Source of the DNA: Pseudomonadota bacterium
GTDB taxonomy: Bacteria; Bdellovibrionota_B; Oligoflexia; Silvanigrellales; Silvanigrellaceae
Length of the DNA: 64,000 nucleotides
NCBI GenBank assembly: GCA_039799905.1
Contig: JBDLRP010000021.1
Coordinates: forward strand, 1 to 64,000
Direction of reading: 5' to 3'
In this document: positions 30,016-39,559 of the stretch, one piece after another
Layout: the number at the start of each line of letters is the position of its first letter
How positions within the stretch are numbered: the first letter of the stretch is position 1
Translations under genes and position numbers: made by a program
The notes under the pieces: model-generated
What the model saw: only the letters and a program-made list of their open reading frames with translations
Database searches by the model: none
Told to the model about the DNA's origin: nothing

Positions 30016-32639
30016 GAATCCTCAACCTCGCCGTCACCGGTGCCAATCACACGTACCTTTGTATTTGGTTTGAAGACCATGAACGCCGGCCCGCCGTCCG
30101 AGGTCAACACCCCTTGCCCGTCCTTGCCACAAGTGCCGATGCTGCGGCAGATCGTCGGACCAAAAGCGTCCACGGCCGAACGAAAGCATTCAGTCGCAAT
30201 TCCTGTAAAATTGGCTTCTCTCATGAGGGTTGGGTTACATCCCTTTTTCAGATGCAAAACACGAGCGACATCAGCACGAAACTCCAAATTTGAACAACTC
30301 GCTGTGCCGCCCTTCCATCCACTCAGAAGCAGCACTCCATGCTCTCCGTTAAGATAACCCTGCTGCTCCAACGCTTGCTGGATGACCTCCGGACCGATGT
30401 CATCCCAGTTCACGTCCGTATTTGTGGTACCGAGAGGACGACTCTGCGTAGGAGCAACCCAGATACTCGTCATTCTGTTCAGAGAAGGATACTGCAAGGA
30501 TTGAACACGTGCGCATCCATCCGGAGTTTTTCCCGCAAGTTTTGCTGTATGCCGCGTATGGATTGCATCAACCAACCGTCCGCGGCTCACGAGAAGCTTC
30601 CGGCTCGGCAGAACACCTTCGGCATCGACGGGAAGATAGCCGCAGTTGTCGAGGCTGCCATCAATGACAATATCCAGCCAATCGGGGCCGACCTGCAGAT
30701 CCATCATCCGGCCGTCTTTTCCGAATCCGGATGCTCTGGTCTGAATGAGATCACCCTCCGCTGCGTGGCCGACAGCCTCATGAAGAATGAGTCCAAGCAA
30801 ATCCGCATCAACCGCGAGATAATCATATTCGGGATTTTCAGGGACCAGTGCGGCCGGAAGGAGGGCCAGCGACTGCGACTCCGCCTTGCGAAAATGCATC
30901 GATAGCTCACGCATCAACTCATCTGACTTGGGGATGTGATTTTTGAGATAGCGGGCATACGCGGTTCTTTTCTCCGCATCCTCGGAGCAGGTTACGTTTG
31001 TTGAAATTCTGCAGACCTGCGTCACGTAGGTTTGCTGTGCACTGTCAAGAAAATACTGCCAGCGGTATTCTGCAGACATATTGAGGCGGGATTTGACTGA
31101 ATGAACCCGCTCGTCGTGTTTTGACAAATGCTGCTCGCGGATCATTTCGCTGACAGCCACAAAATCATCGGCAAAACGCAGCGATCGCCACGGATGCTGC
31201 CCGACGTGTGCAATGATCTGCGGGCGCGAGGCGAGAATCTCACTTTCAGCACCGGCACCTAATTTTGTCCGTTGAACCCATGCCGAATTCAGTGCTGAAA
31301 AAATCGTGGCAACGGGATCGGTTCCGGCATCGGGCGTGCCGGTTGAGAGTCCAGCCGAACCGCTGACAACCGCACGGATGTGATAATTACAAGACGAGGT
31401 AAATGACGGCGGACCCTCATTGCGGCCGTTTGAGAATGCCCTCTGCGCAGACTCCCGCGTGCCGAGGAGAATGGAAATATCTTCCAAGTGAGCAGTCGGT
31501 TGCTCACTCATAAACTCTGCAACAGCAGTCTCAAGCGCGCGCGCCCAGATCTTTGCAGGGTATTTTGTCTGTTCCGTTTCGAATGGAACCTCGAAGGTGG
31601 GTGAAAAACTCTCAGGCTTGAGAGGTTCACCCAACACCTCACCCGATCTGCGGCAGTGCTCCGCCGTTTCAATCAAATGATTCCGATACGTCGACAAAAA
31701 CTCATCAGCCAAAACTGGATGGGCCGCGGCAACAACACTGCCCATGCGGAATCTGTTGGCTCCGCGGTGTCCGTGCAGAGTTGCGAACACCGCATCCGGA
31801 GTTTCGTCAAAAAGAATCTGCAATGCCGCAACATCATACGGAGCCACAAGCGGATCCACCATGACGTCTATTCCGCCAGTGAGAATGCGCGTATAACCGA
31901 ATGCGTCACTGTGTGTCCGACATTCTTTACTCACTGACTGCAAGACAGGCAGGAAGGAATCAATTCCGCGATAAGCAAAAGTCTTGGCTGTAGAATAAGA
32001 AACGTGCGCATCCGACAGCATCTTTGTGTTTCCCACTTTGCACGCCTGCAGTACGGGATGCATCTTGCCAGTAAAATCTTGAAACAGCCTTCCGTGGCGG
32101 GAACCATTTCCAAGACTGGCAACAAAGACTTCATCAAGGGCTGGTAGAGCAACAATACCAAGCACAGGCCGTCCGTTTTGAACCAGCGCGAGAAGTGTCG
32201 ACCATTGCGGAATATGCGAAAGAAAATTGATGGTGCCGTCGATCGGATCCAAAATCCAATAGGTGTCCTGATCCAAATTCAAGGTGGATTGCGGCCGGTC
32301 ATTGAGGTCCATCTCGAACTCAAGCAGGCCTTCGCCTGACGACGAACGATTTTGCGTCTGAAGCGTGCTGCCTGCCGACATATGATCGCCCAGACGGGCC
32401 AAGGCACCGAATTCCTCGCCAACAAACCCGAATTCCGGAGTCACGTCCGCCAACAGTTCGCGCACTCTGGACTCAATGCTTTTATCTGCATCGCTCACTA
32501 AACTGCCGTCGGCTTTTTGAACAGCTGTCAAAGATCTGCGGAAGAACGACAGCGCCAGCTGAGCGGCTTCGGTCATCACAAGAAGAGCCTTCCGCTCGAG
32601 CGTCTGCAATGTCTCAGCGTTCAAATGCTCGGCACTCAT
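30012..32639 (-). CDS. Fusion of a HisN-like inositol monophosphatase domain and a TldD metalloprotease
   Basis: N-half: LVSDAD, GEEFG, WILDPIDGT, PYDVAAL. C-half: LHEAVGHAAEGD, DAEG, NRMT, GTCGKDGQ. AGGAGG RBS; no stop between the halves. Confidence 0.88.
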   Translation of the reverse strand: MSAEHLNAETLQTLERKALLVMTEAAQLALSFFRRSLTAVQKADGSLVSDADKSIESRVRELLADVTPEFGFVGEEFGALARLGDHMSAGSTLQTQNRSSSGEGLLEFEMDLNDRPQSTLNLDQDTYWILDPIDGTINFLSHIPQWSTLLALVQNGRPVLGIVALPALDEVFVASLGNGSRHGRLFQDFTGKMHPVLQACKVGNTKMLSDAHVSYSTAKTFAYRGIDSFLPVLQSVSKECRTHSDAFGYTRILTGGIDVMVDPLVAPYDVAALQILFDETPDAVFATLHGHRGANRFRMGSVVAAAHPVLADEFLSTYRNHLIETAEHCRRSGEVLGEPLKPESFSPTFEVPFETEQTKYPAKIWARALETAVAEFMSEQPTAHLEDISILLGTRESAQRAFSNGRNEGPPSFTSSCNYHIRAVVSGSAGLSTGTPDAGTDPVATIFSALNSAWVQRTKLGAGAESEILASRPQIIAHVGQHPWRSLRFADDFVAVSEMIREQHLSKHDERVHSVKSRLNMSAEYRWQYFLDSAQQTYVTQVCRISTNVTCSEDAEKRTAYARYLKNHIPKSDELMRELSMHFRKAESQSLALLPAALVPENPEYDYLAVDADLLGLILHEAVGHAAEGDLIQTRASGFGKDGRMMDLQVGPDWLDIVIDGSLDNCGYLPVDAEGVLPSRKLLVSRGRLVDAIHTRHTAKLAGKTPDGCARVQSLQYPSLNRMTSIWVAPTQSRPLGTTNTDVNWDDIGPEVIQQALEQQGYLNGEHGVLLLSGWKGGTASCSNLEFRADVARVLHLKKGCNPTLMREANFTGIATECFRSAVDAFGPTICRSIGTCGKDGQGVLTSDGGPAFMVFKPNTKVRVIGTGDGEVEDS

Positions 32640-32699
32640 GCCTGCCTCCTTCGCAAATTTGACAATTCGAACAAAAATGAAGCGACCCGCGCGATATTA

Positions 32700-32725
32700 C
32701 AGCCGCTGAGTCATTTTGGATACAT
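32700..32725. repeat. Direct repeat copy 1 (CAGCCGCTGAGTCATTTTGGATACAT)
   Basis: Identical 26-mer at 34008-34033; the upstream block TCGAACAAAAAT (32667) is also repeated (33976). Confidence 0.9.
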
Positions 32726-32854
32726 CGGAACACGTCTCCGATGAAACACACCGGCTGTAGGCACGACGTCCAGAACCAAACAATCGCTCAAAAAAGCACT
32801 TTGAAAAATAAGTGTCTCATTTCGCAAATTTAAGAGAAAAGCCCAAACACTCAC

Positions 32855-33688
32855 TCAGTCGCTAGTCACGGCCGAGCCGAGCGACAGCGTTCCTGAGGGA
32901 ACTGCGCGCAATTTTTTAATCTCTACAGCTGAATGACCATAGACCAGCGTCCGTAACTCACCCAGCAGACCGTCTGGGAGCACATTAAGAACTCTCGTGA
33001 TGCGCCCTCCCGACTCCGAGTCGAGTACTAGATTCTCAGTAAAAGTAAACTCTCTCTCAGACAGTAATGACGAAACATTGCCCGTGAATTTTAAGGTTAC
33101 AGAATCCGTCAAGTCTGAAAGTGAAAAACTCGTAATCTGTGTCTCGTAGAATTTTTTTTCCACCTCTCGAACATGTCTCTGATAGCAAGGAGATTCCGGA
33201 GGAATATCAATTGGGAATTGTGTTTCCCGTTTCGTGTGGATGTTTTTCGCAGTCACGACAATCACTCTGTCAGAAATGGACCGTGCTGACACAAAATCAC
33301 CCGTCAGTTCTGTTGAGCCTATTTTCCTTGGCAGCGAAGGAACATGCATCTCATATAAACTAAGCTCATTTGTCGCAAAAACGACAAGATTTTTTCCGGC
33401 AGAAAGAAGTTTAATATTTTCACCGCCGTGTTTTTCTTTGCTTATGAGACGCCGAGTCACTGAATCATAAACAAGAAGCCATTTGCCATCGGACTGATAA
33501 ATCAAACCGTCACTCTCGAAACTATTGACCGCCGCATTCATCGTCTGCGTATTAGGATAATGACTCTCACCCAAGCCACCTCTGAAGGCTTTATCACAGA
33601 CAGTTGTTTTATCCCTGTCATCCTTCCATCCACAGCCGGCAAGAAAAAAAAAGGCGCACACAAAACTGATTGCAGGACGAATCGCCAT
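32855..33688 (-). CDS. Lipoprotein resembling a truncated beta-propeller-domain (PF09826-like) protein
   Basis: Lipobox FLAGC; NTQ...SDGKW, GDFVSARSISDRVIVVT, TQITSFSL; GGAGG RBS. Confidence 0.6.
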   Translation of the reverse strand: MAIRPAISFVCAFFFLAGCGWKDDRDKTTVCDKAFRGGLGESHYPNTQTMNAAVNSFESDGLIYQSDGKWLLVYDSVTRRLISKEKHGGENIKLLSAGKNLVVFATNELSLYEMHVPSLPRKIGSTELTGDFVSARSISDRVIVVTAKNIHTKRETQFPIDIPPESPCYQRHVREVEKKFYETQITSFSLSDLTDSVTLKFTGNVSSLLSEREFTFTENLVLDSESGGRITRVLNVLPDGLLGELRTLVYGHSAVEIKKLRAVPSGTLSLGSAVTSD

Positions 33689-33732
33689 GTGACCAGACCT
33701 CCGCAGTGATTACTCCAGTCTACCCATATCTA

Positions 33733-33759
33733 TTATCGGTCTGTATACGCTTAACTTTA
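33733..33759 (-). promoter_or_regulatory. sigma28-like promoter
   Basis: Minus strand TAAAGTTA-N11-ACCGATAA versus TAAAGTTT-N11-GCCGATAA; AT-rich tract upstream. Confidence 0.7.
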
Positions 33760-34007
33760 AATAAATCTTTTTATTTTGCTTTTAAAATGAATAACAATTC
33801 AAAAATTTATTTGTATATCTGTATACAAAAAAACCGTTCTGCATATTTGGAATCAGCGCGACTGGAACTGAATAATTCTCGACAAAACAAAACCGGTATC
33901 GCATTCCCTGCTCCTACGCGCCCGACTGAATTAAAATTCAAGAGAACCTGAGATGAGAGCCGCTTATATCCACAATCGAACAAAAATTAAGCATCCTAAA
34001 ACTGCCG

Positions 34008-34033
34008 CAGCCGCTGAGTCATTTTGGATACAT
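34008..34033. repeat. Direct repeat copy 2
   Basis: Identical to 32700-32725. Confidence 0.9.
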
Positions 34034-34097
34034 GTGAAAGAGGATCGATTCGGGGTATGATCTTCCCCAAGACTGGCTGAGATTTGAAGGAGCGTCT

Positions 34098-35312
34098 GTG
34101 TTGAAACTGCGCATGTTTGGAGCAACTGATAAAGGCCTCGTGCGCGCCCTGAATCAGGATGCCTACACATGTGATGCGAGCCGCGGCCTTGTGGTGGTGT
34201 CGGACGGAATGGGAGGACACGCGGCTGGAGAAATTGCCAGTCACATGGTGGTGGAAGGCCTCTCCGACGCACTCGCCTCAGTGACACAATTCACCGCACA
34301 AGATTTACCTCTGCGCATCGACGAGACAATTCAAAAGGTCAACACCAAAATCATCATGAAGAGTCAGGAAGATTCATCCTGCCGCGGCATGGGTGCGACA
34401 GTAAACGTGCTCTGCTTTGCTCACGGCTTCGTCACTATTGGACATGTCGGCGACTCGCGCACTTACCTAATCCGAGCGTTCAAAACGCAAGACAACAAAC
34501 CGCGGTTTGCCATGTGGCCTATCACCATCGACCACAACCTGGGAACCTTTATTGAACGCGGAATTCTTACAGCTCCCAACAACACTCCAGAATCCTCACT
34601 TTCAGCGCGCGACAGGTCAAAGCTCACGCGCGGGATGGGTGTCATGGATGACCCAAAGCCAGACATCTACACCCGTAGAATTGAAGTGGGCGACGTGTTC
34701 CTCACCTGCAGTGACGGTCTGCATGGCTTCGCAAGCGACAAGGATGTATTGAGAACAATCGTCACAGGAAATGTTGTCGAGGCCCCGCAGCGTCTCATCG
34801 AATTGGCCAAGTCAGCAGGTGCTCCGGACAATGTGACCGTCGTGCTTTCTGTTGTCAGCGATCTTGAAGAGCCGTTTAGAGAGTTCACAGGCCCGACCTA
34901 TGCAACCCGGCCCTATCTCTTGCGCCTTCCGAACGGTGAAATTCAGGGCCCCATGACTGTTGCACAGATCGCCGACCTTTGGGTCCGTCGCGCCATCCCT
35001 GGTGAAACCGAAGTCGCCGCAGGGCTCGGACCCTGGCTCCTGCTGCGCAATAAATCTATGGTTCTACAAGTCTACACAGACTTTCAAACTGAGCCATACA
35101 ATGGCTACATTTACTATGAATCGAGCGTCCAGACCGATTACGAAAACGCACCCGAAACGGTCTCCTCTCCCGGCGCACCGGTCGCAAAGAATTCAACTGG
35201 CAATAAACCGCTGCTGATGATTGCTGCGGCGGGCTTCGCAGTTGTCTCTCTCGCAGTGTTATTTGCAGTATTCATGATCGACTTCGATTCTATCGTCTTG
35301 CCAGCCTACTGA
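34098..35312 (+). CDS. PP2C-family Ser/Thr phosphatase with GYF-like segment and C-terminal TM helix
   Basis: TDKGLVR..NQD, SDGMGGH, HVGDSR, CSDGL, DNVT; IQGPMT...W; C-terminal hydrophobic stretch. Confidence 0.9.
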   Translation: MLKLRMFGATDKGLVRALNQDAYTCDASRGLVVVSDGMGGHAAGEIASHMVVEGLSDALASVTQFTAQDLPLRIDETIQKVNTKIIMKSQEDSSCRGMGATVNVLCFAHGFVTIGHVGDSRTYLIRAFKTQDNKPRFAMWPITIDHNLGTFIERGILTAPNNTPESSLSARDRSKLTRGMGVMDDPKPDIYTRRIEVGDVFLTCSDGLHGFASDKDVLRTIVTGNVVEAPQRLIELAKSAGAPDNVTVVLSVVSDLEEPFREFTGPTYATRPYLLRLPNGEIQGPMTVAQIADLWVRRAIPGETEVAAGLGPWLLLRNKSMVLQVYTDFQTEPYNGYIYYESSVQTDYENAPETVSSPGAPVAKNSTGNKPLLMIAAAGFAVVSLAVLFAVFMIDFDSIVLPAY

Positions 35313-35385
35313 CACACTGCAGGCAAAGACCTGCAGTGTGCTCTCTAATCTTCCGAAATCCTTGGAAGAAGGGGAGTGATTTACC

Positions 35386-36816
35386 TTGAACCTCTTGCGC
35401 AACATTATGCTTGTTTTGATGGTGCTGGGATTTTTTTTCAAAATCCCAACGGCGTCAGCTGTGCAAAATTTTCCGCACAAGAACGGACGAGTGACCGGTC
35501 CGATATCGTCGGCTGCGCTCGATAAACTAACACTCACGCTTATCGACCGATTGCCAACTGAACCGGAACGCGAATTTGTCCGGTCACGCGGGGCTGCAGG
35601 CGCATACGAATTTGCAAGTCACCTGATCCGGACACGCGAATTTTTCGACAGACTGAGTCTTTACTGGCAGTCGCATCTGACACAATCGCCGGCGTGGTTG
35701 TGGGAAAGCAGTGCAGATTCCCGCTGGCACAGACACTTTCTGACTTCCGACAACGTCGAATTTAAACCCATTTACTTTATCCAATTGAACGAATCGCGTG
35801 GCAGTGAAACTGTCTGCTCAGGAGCCTGGACGATTCTGCGCGACAACAAACCACAGATGTGTAATTGCGATGACACAGCAGACGTCATTCCACACTGGGA
35901 TTCATCGTCCTCGATGAGAGTTTGTCCTGTGGCACGCGAGGAAGAAAACTGTGGTCCTGCGTTGCAAAAATGTCTGCCGGTGGACGCCCGACTTCATTCT
36001 CAGATGCGCAACCTGCACATCGACAGAGAATCTGCCGGCGGACGCGCCATCACCCGTATGCTCAACGACTTAAACCTCGTGCAAAGCCGTTCAATCGCTC
36101 TGGCAATTTTTACACAACGCAAATGGGGACAAATAACAGAGCCTGCCAGCACACTACTCTCTCGCAGCAGCGTCGATCTTCTGAAGAAATGGAGTTCTGC
36201 CAATAATACGAGTCCCGCAGCTGCCATCGCCCAGTTGCTGCGCACAAATGAAATCTCGGCTACGGCAAGAAACCTGTTTGTACCGCCGATAGTTGCACCC
36301 CGTGGCCGAATGGCGCGGCCGATAGCGGAAACACCGGCGGAGGAGCTGCTGATAACTCCCCAGATTGAGAACAAAGTGCTGATGCAACCCCTACGGCAGA
36401 CGCATCTCACCTCCGATGTCTGGGCTTGGAATGCCAATCTTATTCTGAACTGTCAGGTACCGCATTTTTCACCACAACTCTTCCAACTGCCGCTGCCGAA
36501 TCCAGAACACGCTCGGGATGGAGCGTATTTCTGCACGAGCTGTCATCTTTCATTGGACAAATTCATCAGTGAACACAGGGCTCGCAAAAAACTCGCCGCA
36601 GACCTCCGAACACTCGGTGTCGCGGTCAGCAGCAACAGCCGCACCTGCGCCGTCGAACATGCACTGCACTTTCTGCTTGGCTACCGTCCATCGAGTGAGA
36701 ACCAGTCAGACCTGATTAAATTTGGCGAGCTATACTTCCAGCAAAATGGCGAGCAGTTGGGCCAGACAATCAGGGATCTCGCGCTGAGAATAGCACGACG
36801 GGGAGACGGCGAATGA
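35386..36816 (+). CDS. Secreted Cys-rich hypothetical protein with one CxxCH motif
   Basis: Signal peptide (TASA), LIDRLPT..E, CNC, CGPALQKC, YFCTSCH. Confidence 0.65.
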   Translation: MNLLRNIMLVLMVLGFFFKIPTASAVQNFPHKNGRVTGPISSAALDKLTLTLIDRLPTEPEREFVRSRGAAGAYEFASHLIRTREFFDRLSLYWQSHLTQSPAWLWESSADSRWHRHFLTSDNVEFKPIYFIQLNESRGSETVCSGAWTILRDNKPQMCNCDDTADVIPHWDSSSSMRVCPVAREEENCGPALQKCLPVDARLHSQMRNLHIDRESAGGRAITRMLNDLNLVQSRSIALAIFTQRKWGQITEPASTLLSRSSVDLLKKWSSANNTSPAAAIAQLLRTNEISATARNLFVPPIVAPRGRMARPIAETPAEELLITPQIENKVLMQPLRQTHLTSDVWAWNANLILNCQVPHFSPQLFQLPLPNPEHARDGAYFCTSCHLSLDKFISEHRARKKLAADLRTLGVAVSSNSRTCAVEHALHFLLGYRPSSENQSDLIKFGELYFQQNGEQLGQTIRDLALRIARRGDGE

Positions 36817-37721
36817 TGGCCAAACTCTCCCAATTTCTGAACAGATTTGGAAAAAAGAACGCGATCACCTTTTCGACACTGCTGACCTTGGCGCTTGTTG
36901 GGATCGCACTTCGGGCGCGCGCAGAGAACAAAAACAACAAGCAGAAAGACACCGCCTCGAAGGCGGTCCATGCACTGAACGAAAAAATTATCTCTACCCG
37001 CAGTCGGAGCGGCGTATTTGATGAATCAAAGGCTATCAACGAATGGCGGGCTTTCTCCATTTATCATCCAAACTCAGGCCTCAGCGAAGACTCACTCTTT
37101 AAAAACTTTAAAAAACGTTCGGTTTCTGTGGACGACCCCATGAACAAAGATGCTGGACAATCAACAGCCGAAGCAACAACGCAGGTCTTGGGTGCCCGTT
37201 CACTTATTCCAATCCTGCGTGCGACATTCGGCGATCAGGTGCGAGGAAACACGGAGTTCGAGCGCGACCCTTGGTTTTTGTCGCATCCTTCTGCTCTGTT
37301 TAATCCCTCACAAATGAAAGCACTGTGTGACAGGGACAATGAATCCGAAATGGATGGTGACAATGACCTCTGCTGGAAACCTTCACTGACGGACGAGTAC
37401 CTCAGCACACTGACCGATTTTGCCAGTGATGCCTGTCCACAACTTGTCTTCCGCGAAACGCAGCAACCAAACAAACTGCTCAACAAACTCGTCCGCAGTG
37501 CAGATTTCAGAGAGCAGAATATCAGACACTTCGCCGTTCATTCGCTGAGAATTCCCGTTGAAAAAGTCACTGATGAATGGATTGTCGACCTGCTAGATGA
37601 AAGCAGGCGTGCGGCTGGAATAAGCGAGAATCAAGAAAGAGTACCTGAACTGACTGAAGAAGACCTGTACGCACTGGCTTGTCAGGCAATGCTGCTGTCA
37701 AGAGAATTCTACTCGCGCTAA
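36813..37721 (+). CDS. Hypothetical exported protein
   Basis: ATGA overlap with the preceding gene; N-terminal hydrophobic segment. Confidence 0.65.
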   Translation: MMAKLSQFLNRFGKKNAITFSTLLTLALVGIALRARAENKNNKQKDTASKAVHALNEKIISTRSRSGVFDESKAINEWRAFSIYHPNSGLSEDSLFKNFKKRSVSVDDPMNKDAGQSTAEATTQVLGARSLIPILRATFGDQVRGNTEFERDPWFLSHPSALFNPSQMKALCDRDNESEMDGDNDLCWKPSLTDEYLSTLTDFASDACPQLVFRETQQPNKLLNKLVRSADFREQNIRHFAVHSLRIPVEKVTDEWIVDLLDESRRAAGISENQERVPELTEEDLYALACQAMLLSREFYSR

Positions 37722-38392
37722 ATCGACATCATGCGGCGAAATTCCGTTTGCGGCCAAACCTCAAAATCAATCTGAAATTCGTTATTTCTGTAGAAAAGAA
37801 GAATGTCTGCAGGAGAGGAAACCTCTGCAGGCTTTCCAGTAAGCGCTGCGGTCCACAGATCGCCAAGCGACCATCCCTGATCTGACTCGACGTAAGCTGC
37901 ATGCTGATGTTCAATCAACAAACTCAACGATTCCTTTTTGTCACGAGACAATTGCGCCAACTCAGGATTCCACGGCGCCGACGACAACTTCCAGCACGCC
38001 ACTCCGCAGCGCATCAGTGTTTCCAATTGAGAGACGTTCTGATGTGTGTCTTTCTTTTTTCCGATGAATTCCAAAAATTGGAGAGCAGATATTTCTGCAT
38101 TGACGCAACTGAGCCGCGACTGCTCGAGAAAATCCAACGCAAGCCTGGCCAGCTCGCGCACACCCATCCATCGAGCTGCCTGCGAAAAATAATTCTCCAG
38201 CCAGAACAGAACCAGATGATATTGAGAATGTTGATGATGATAAGCGAGGCTCTGAGTCTGATTGTGCGGTACGACGTGTATCAGCGAGTCGGCCCAGTGC
38301 GGACTGTTTTTCTCGCGCGAGAGAAATGCTTCAAGAATAAGGCTTTCAAAACCCAAATGAGTTGCGCCGACATTCGAGGATTGCTGAGCCAT
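37718..38392 (-). CDS. DUF2063-like partner of DUF692 (divergent)
   Basis: SLAY...LENYFSQAARWMG..ELARLALDFL pattern; starts 1 bp after the DUF692-like stop. Confidence 0.6.
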   Translation of the reverse strand: MAQQSSNVGATHLGFESLILEAFLSREKNSPHWADSLIHVVPHNQTQSLAYHHQHSQYHLVLFWLENYFSQAARWMGVRELARLALDFLEQSRLSCVNAEISALQFLEFIGKKKDTHQNVSQLETLMRCGVACWKLSSAPWNPELAQLSRDKKESLSLLIEHQHAAYVESDQGWSLGDLWTAALTGKPAEVSSPADILLFYRNNEFQIDFEVWPQTEFRRMMSI

Positions 38393-38393
38393 T

Positions 38394-39284
38394 TTAAATT
38401 TCTCCCAACCGCTTGAGCGTGCTCTGACCGTTGAGAATTTCACCCACAAGATCCTGCGCACTGACCAAAGGCTCAAACCATTTCAAAAAAATTGACTTAC
38501 GTTCGCCTTCTGGGAGGGCATGCAAGACGTCCTCGAGGAGAGCCCAGTGGGTGAGCGAGAGACTTCCGCACTCTGCATCAATGTCGCCGTGATTGGACAA
38601 CGCCAGCGCGCCAATCCTGACACTCATCACCTGCCCGAGAGGAAATTTGCCGAGCTCACTCTCAAAATGCAGGCCCTGATGTTGAAGAGTTACAAAATAA
38701 GCCGGAATATCGAAAAATATTTTAGCTCCACTCATTTCGCTCAGGCGCAGCCAAAACTCAGTTTCGCTGAGCGAATCGAACGAATAACGAAACATCGAGG
38801 CAACATTCGTGAGAGCGATCTCACAACCCAGAGCCGACCTCAGTTGCCGGACACGACGGCTCAGGAGTTCAACCATCTCCTGAGTGCGGGGCACGGGAAA
38901 TGGAACCTGCAGTGCATGACCGTGATGAGAACTAAATCCGACGGCAAATGCCACCCACTTCGGTGAGGTCTCTGAAATGCACTCATGCAATTTTGTAATC
39001 AAACCTTCGTCGGGGTCAGTTTCGGAGGCAAGGTTTGTAAGCCTTGAGTGCAAACAAACATCTGTTTTTTGCCCCATTCGCTTAACCCAATGACGGTCTA
39101 GAGAACCTCTTTTTTGCAACAGCAGACGGTCCATGCAGGCTTCGAATGAGGGCAGGTGCGCCGCCTGAGAAAAAAATTCGTACAGATGTGGGAGCAACGG
39201 CAGGCCCCATTTGTGAGAGGCAGCCTCAAAAGGTGTTCCCTGCAACGTCCAGTCGAGCCGCGGCGCTGCGCCAAAATCACTCAT
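38394..39284 (-). CDS. DUF692/MNIO-family homolog lacking most iron ligands
   Basis: Collinear motifs WGLPL, CLHS, PKWV, PVPRTQE, IALTN, LSETEFW, FFDI, FPLGQV, DID..., HWALL; GGGAGGGG RBS. Confidence 0.75.
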   Translation of the reverse strand: MSDFGAAPRLDWTLQGTPFEAASHKWGLPLLPHLYEFFSQAAHLPSFEACMDRLLLQKRGSLDRHWVKRMGQKTDVCLHSRLTNLASETDPDEGLITKLHECISETSPKWVAFAVGFSSHHGHALQVPFPVPRTQEMVELLSRRVRQLRSALGCEIALTNVASMFRYSFDSLSETEFWLRLSEMSGAKIFFDIPAYFVTLQHQGLHFESELGKFPLGQVMSVRIGALALSNHGDIDAECGSLSLTHWALLEDVLHALPEGERKSIFLKWFEPLVSAQDLVGEILNGQSTLKRLGEI

Positions 39285-39326
39285 GCCCCCTCCCAGATGC
39301 AGACAATTTCAACTTCCGGATAATAG

Positions 39327-39413
39327 TGGTGCTCTCAGCCGGAATCGAACCGGCACGGCCTTGCGGCCAACGGATTTTAAGTCCGTTGCGTCTACCTATT
39401 TCGCCATGAGAGC
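39327..39413 (-). tRNA. tRNA-Leu(TAA)
   Basis: GCTCTCA acceptor stem, ACGGA-CTTAAAA-TCCGT anticodon arm, long variable arm GGCC-GCAA-GGCC, GGTTCGATTCC, encoded CCA end. Confidence 0.97.
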
Positions 39414-39559
39414 CGAGGCTAAAACAGAACCCAAGCCATATATATCAAGCCGGCAGTCCTCACAAGCTGCCGGAGTCGCAGGCGATTGGTGATTTTCATA
39501 AAAATCGCATATATCGCTCCGGCAGTTGATCCCCAATGCACATTTGAGAGGAGCTCCAC

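Noticed and set aside
33670..33951. 93-aa ORF in the AT-rich tract
   Set aside because: Overlaps a promoter region, has no RBS and has non-coding-like composition.
39327..39413. tRNA-Leu as an integration site for an island
   Set aside because: No integrase and no duplicated tRNA 3' end noticed in the window.
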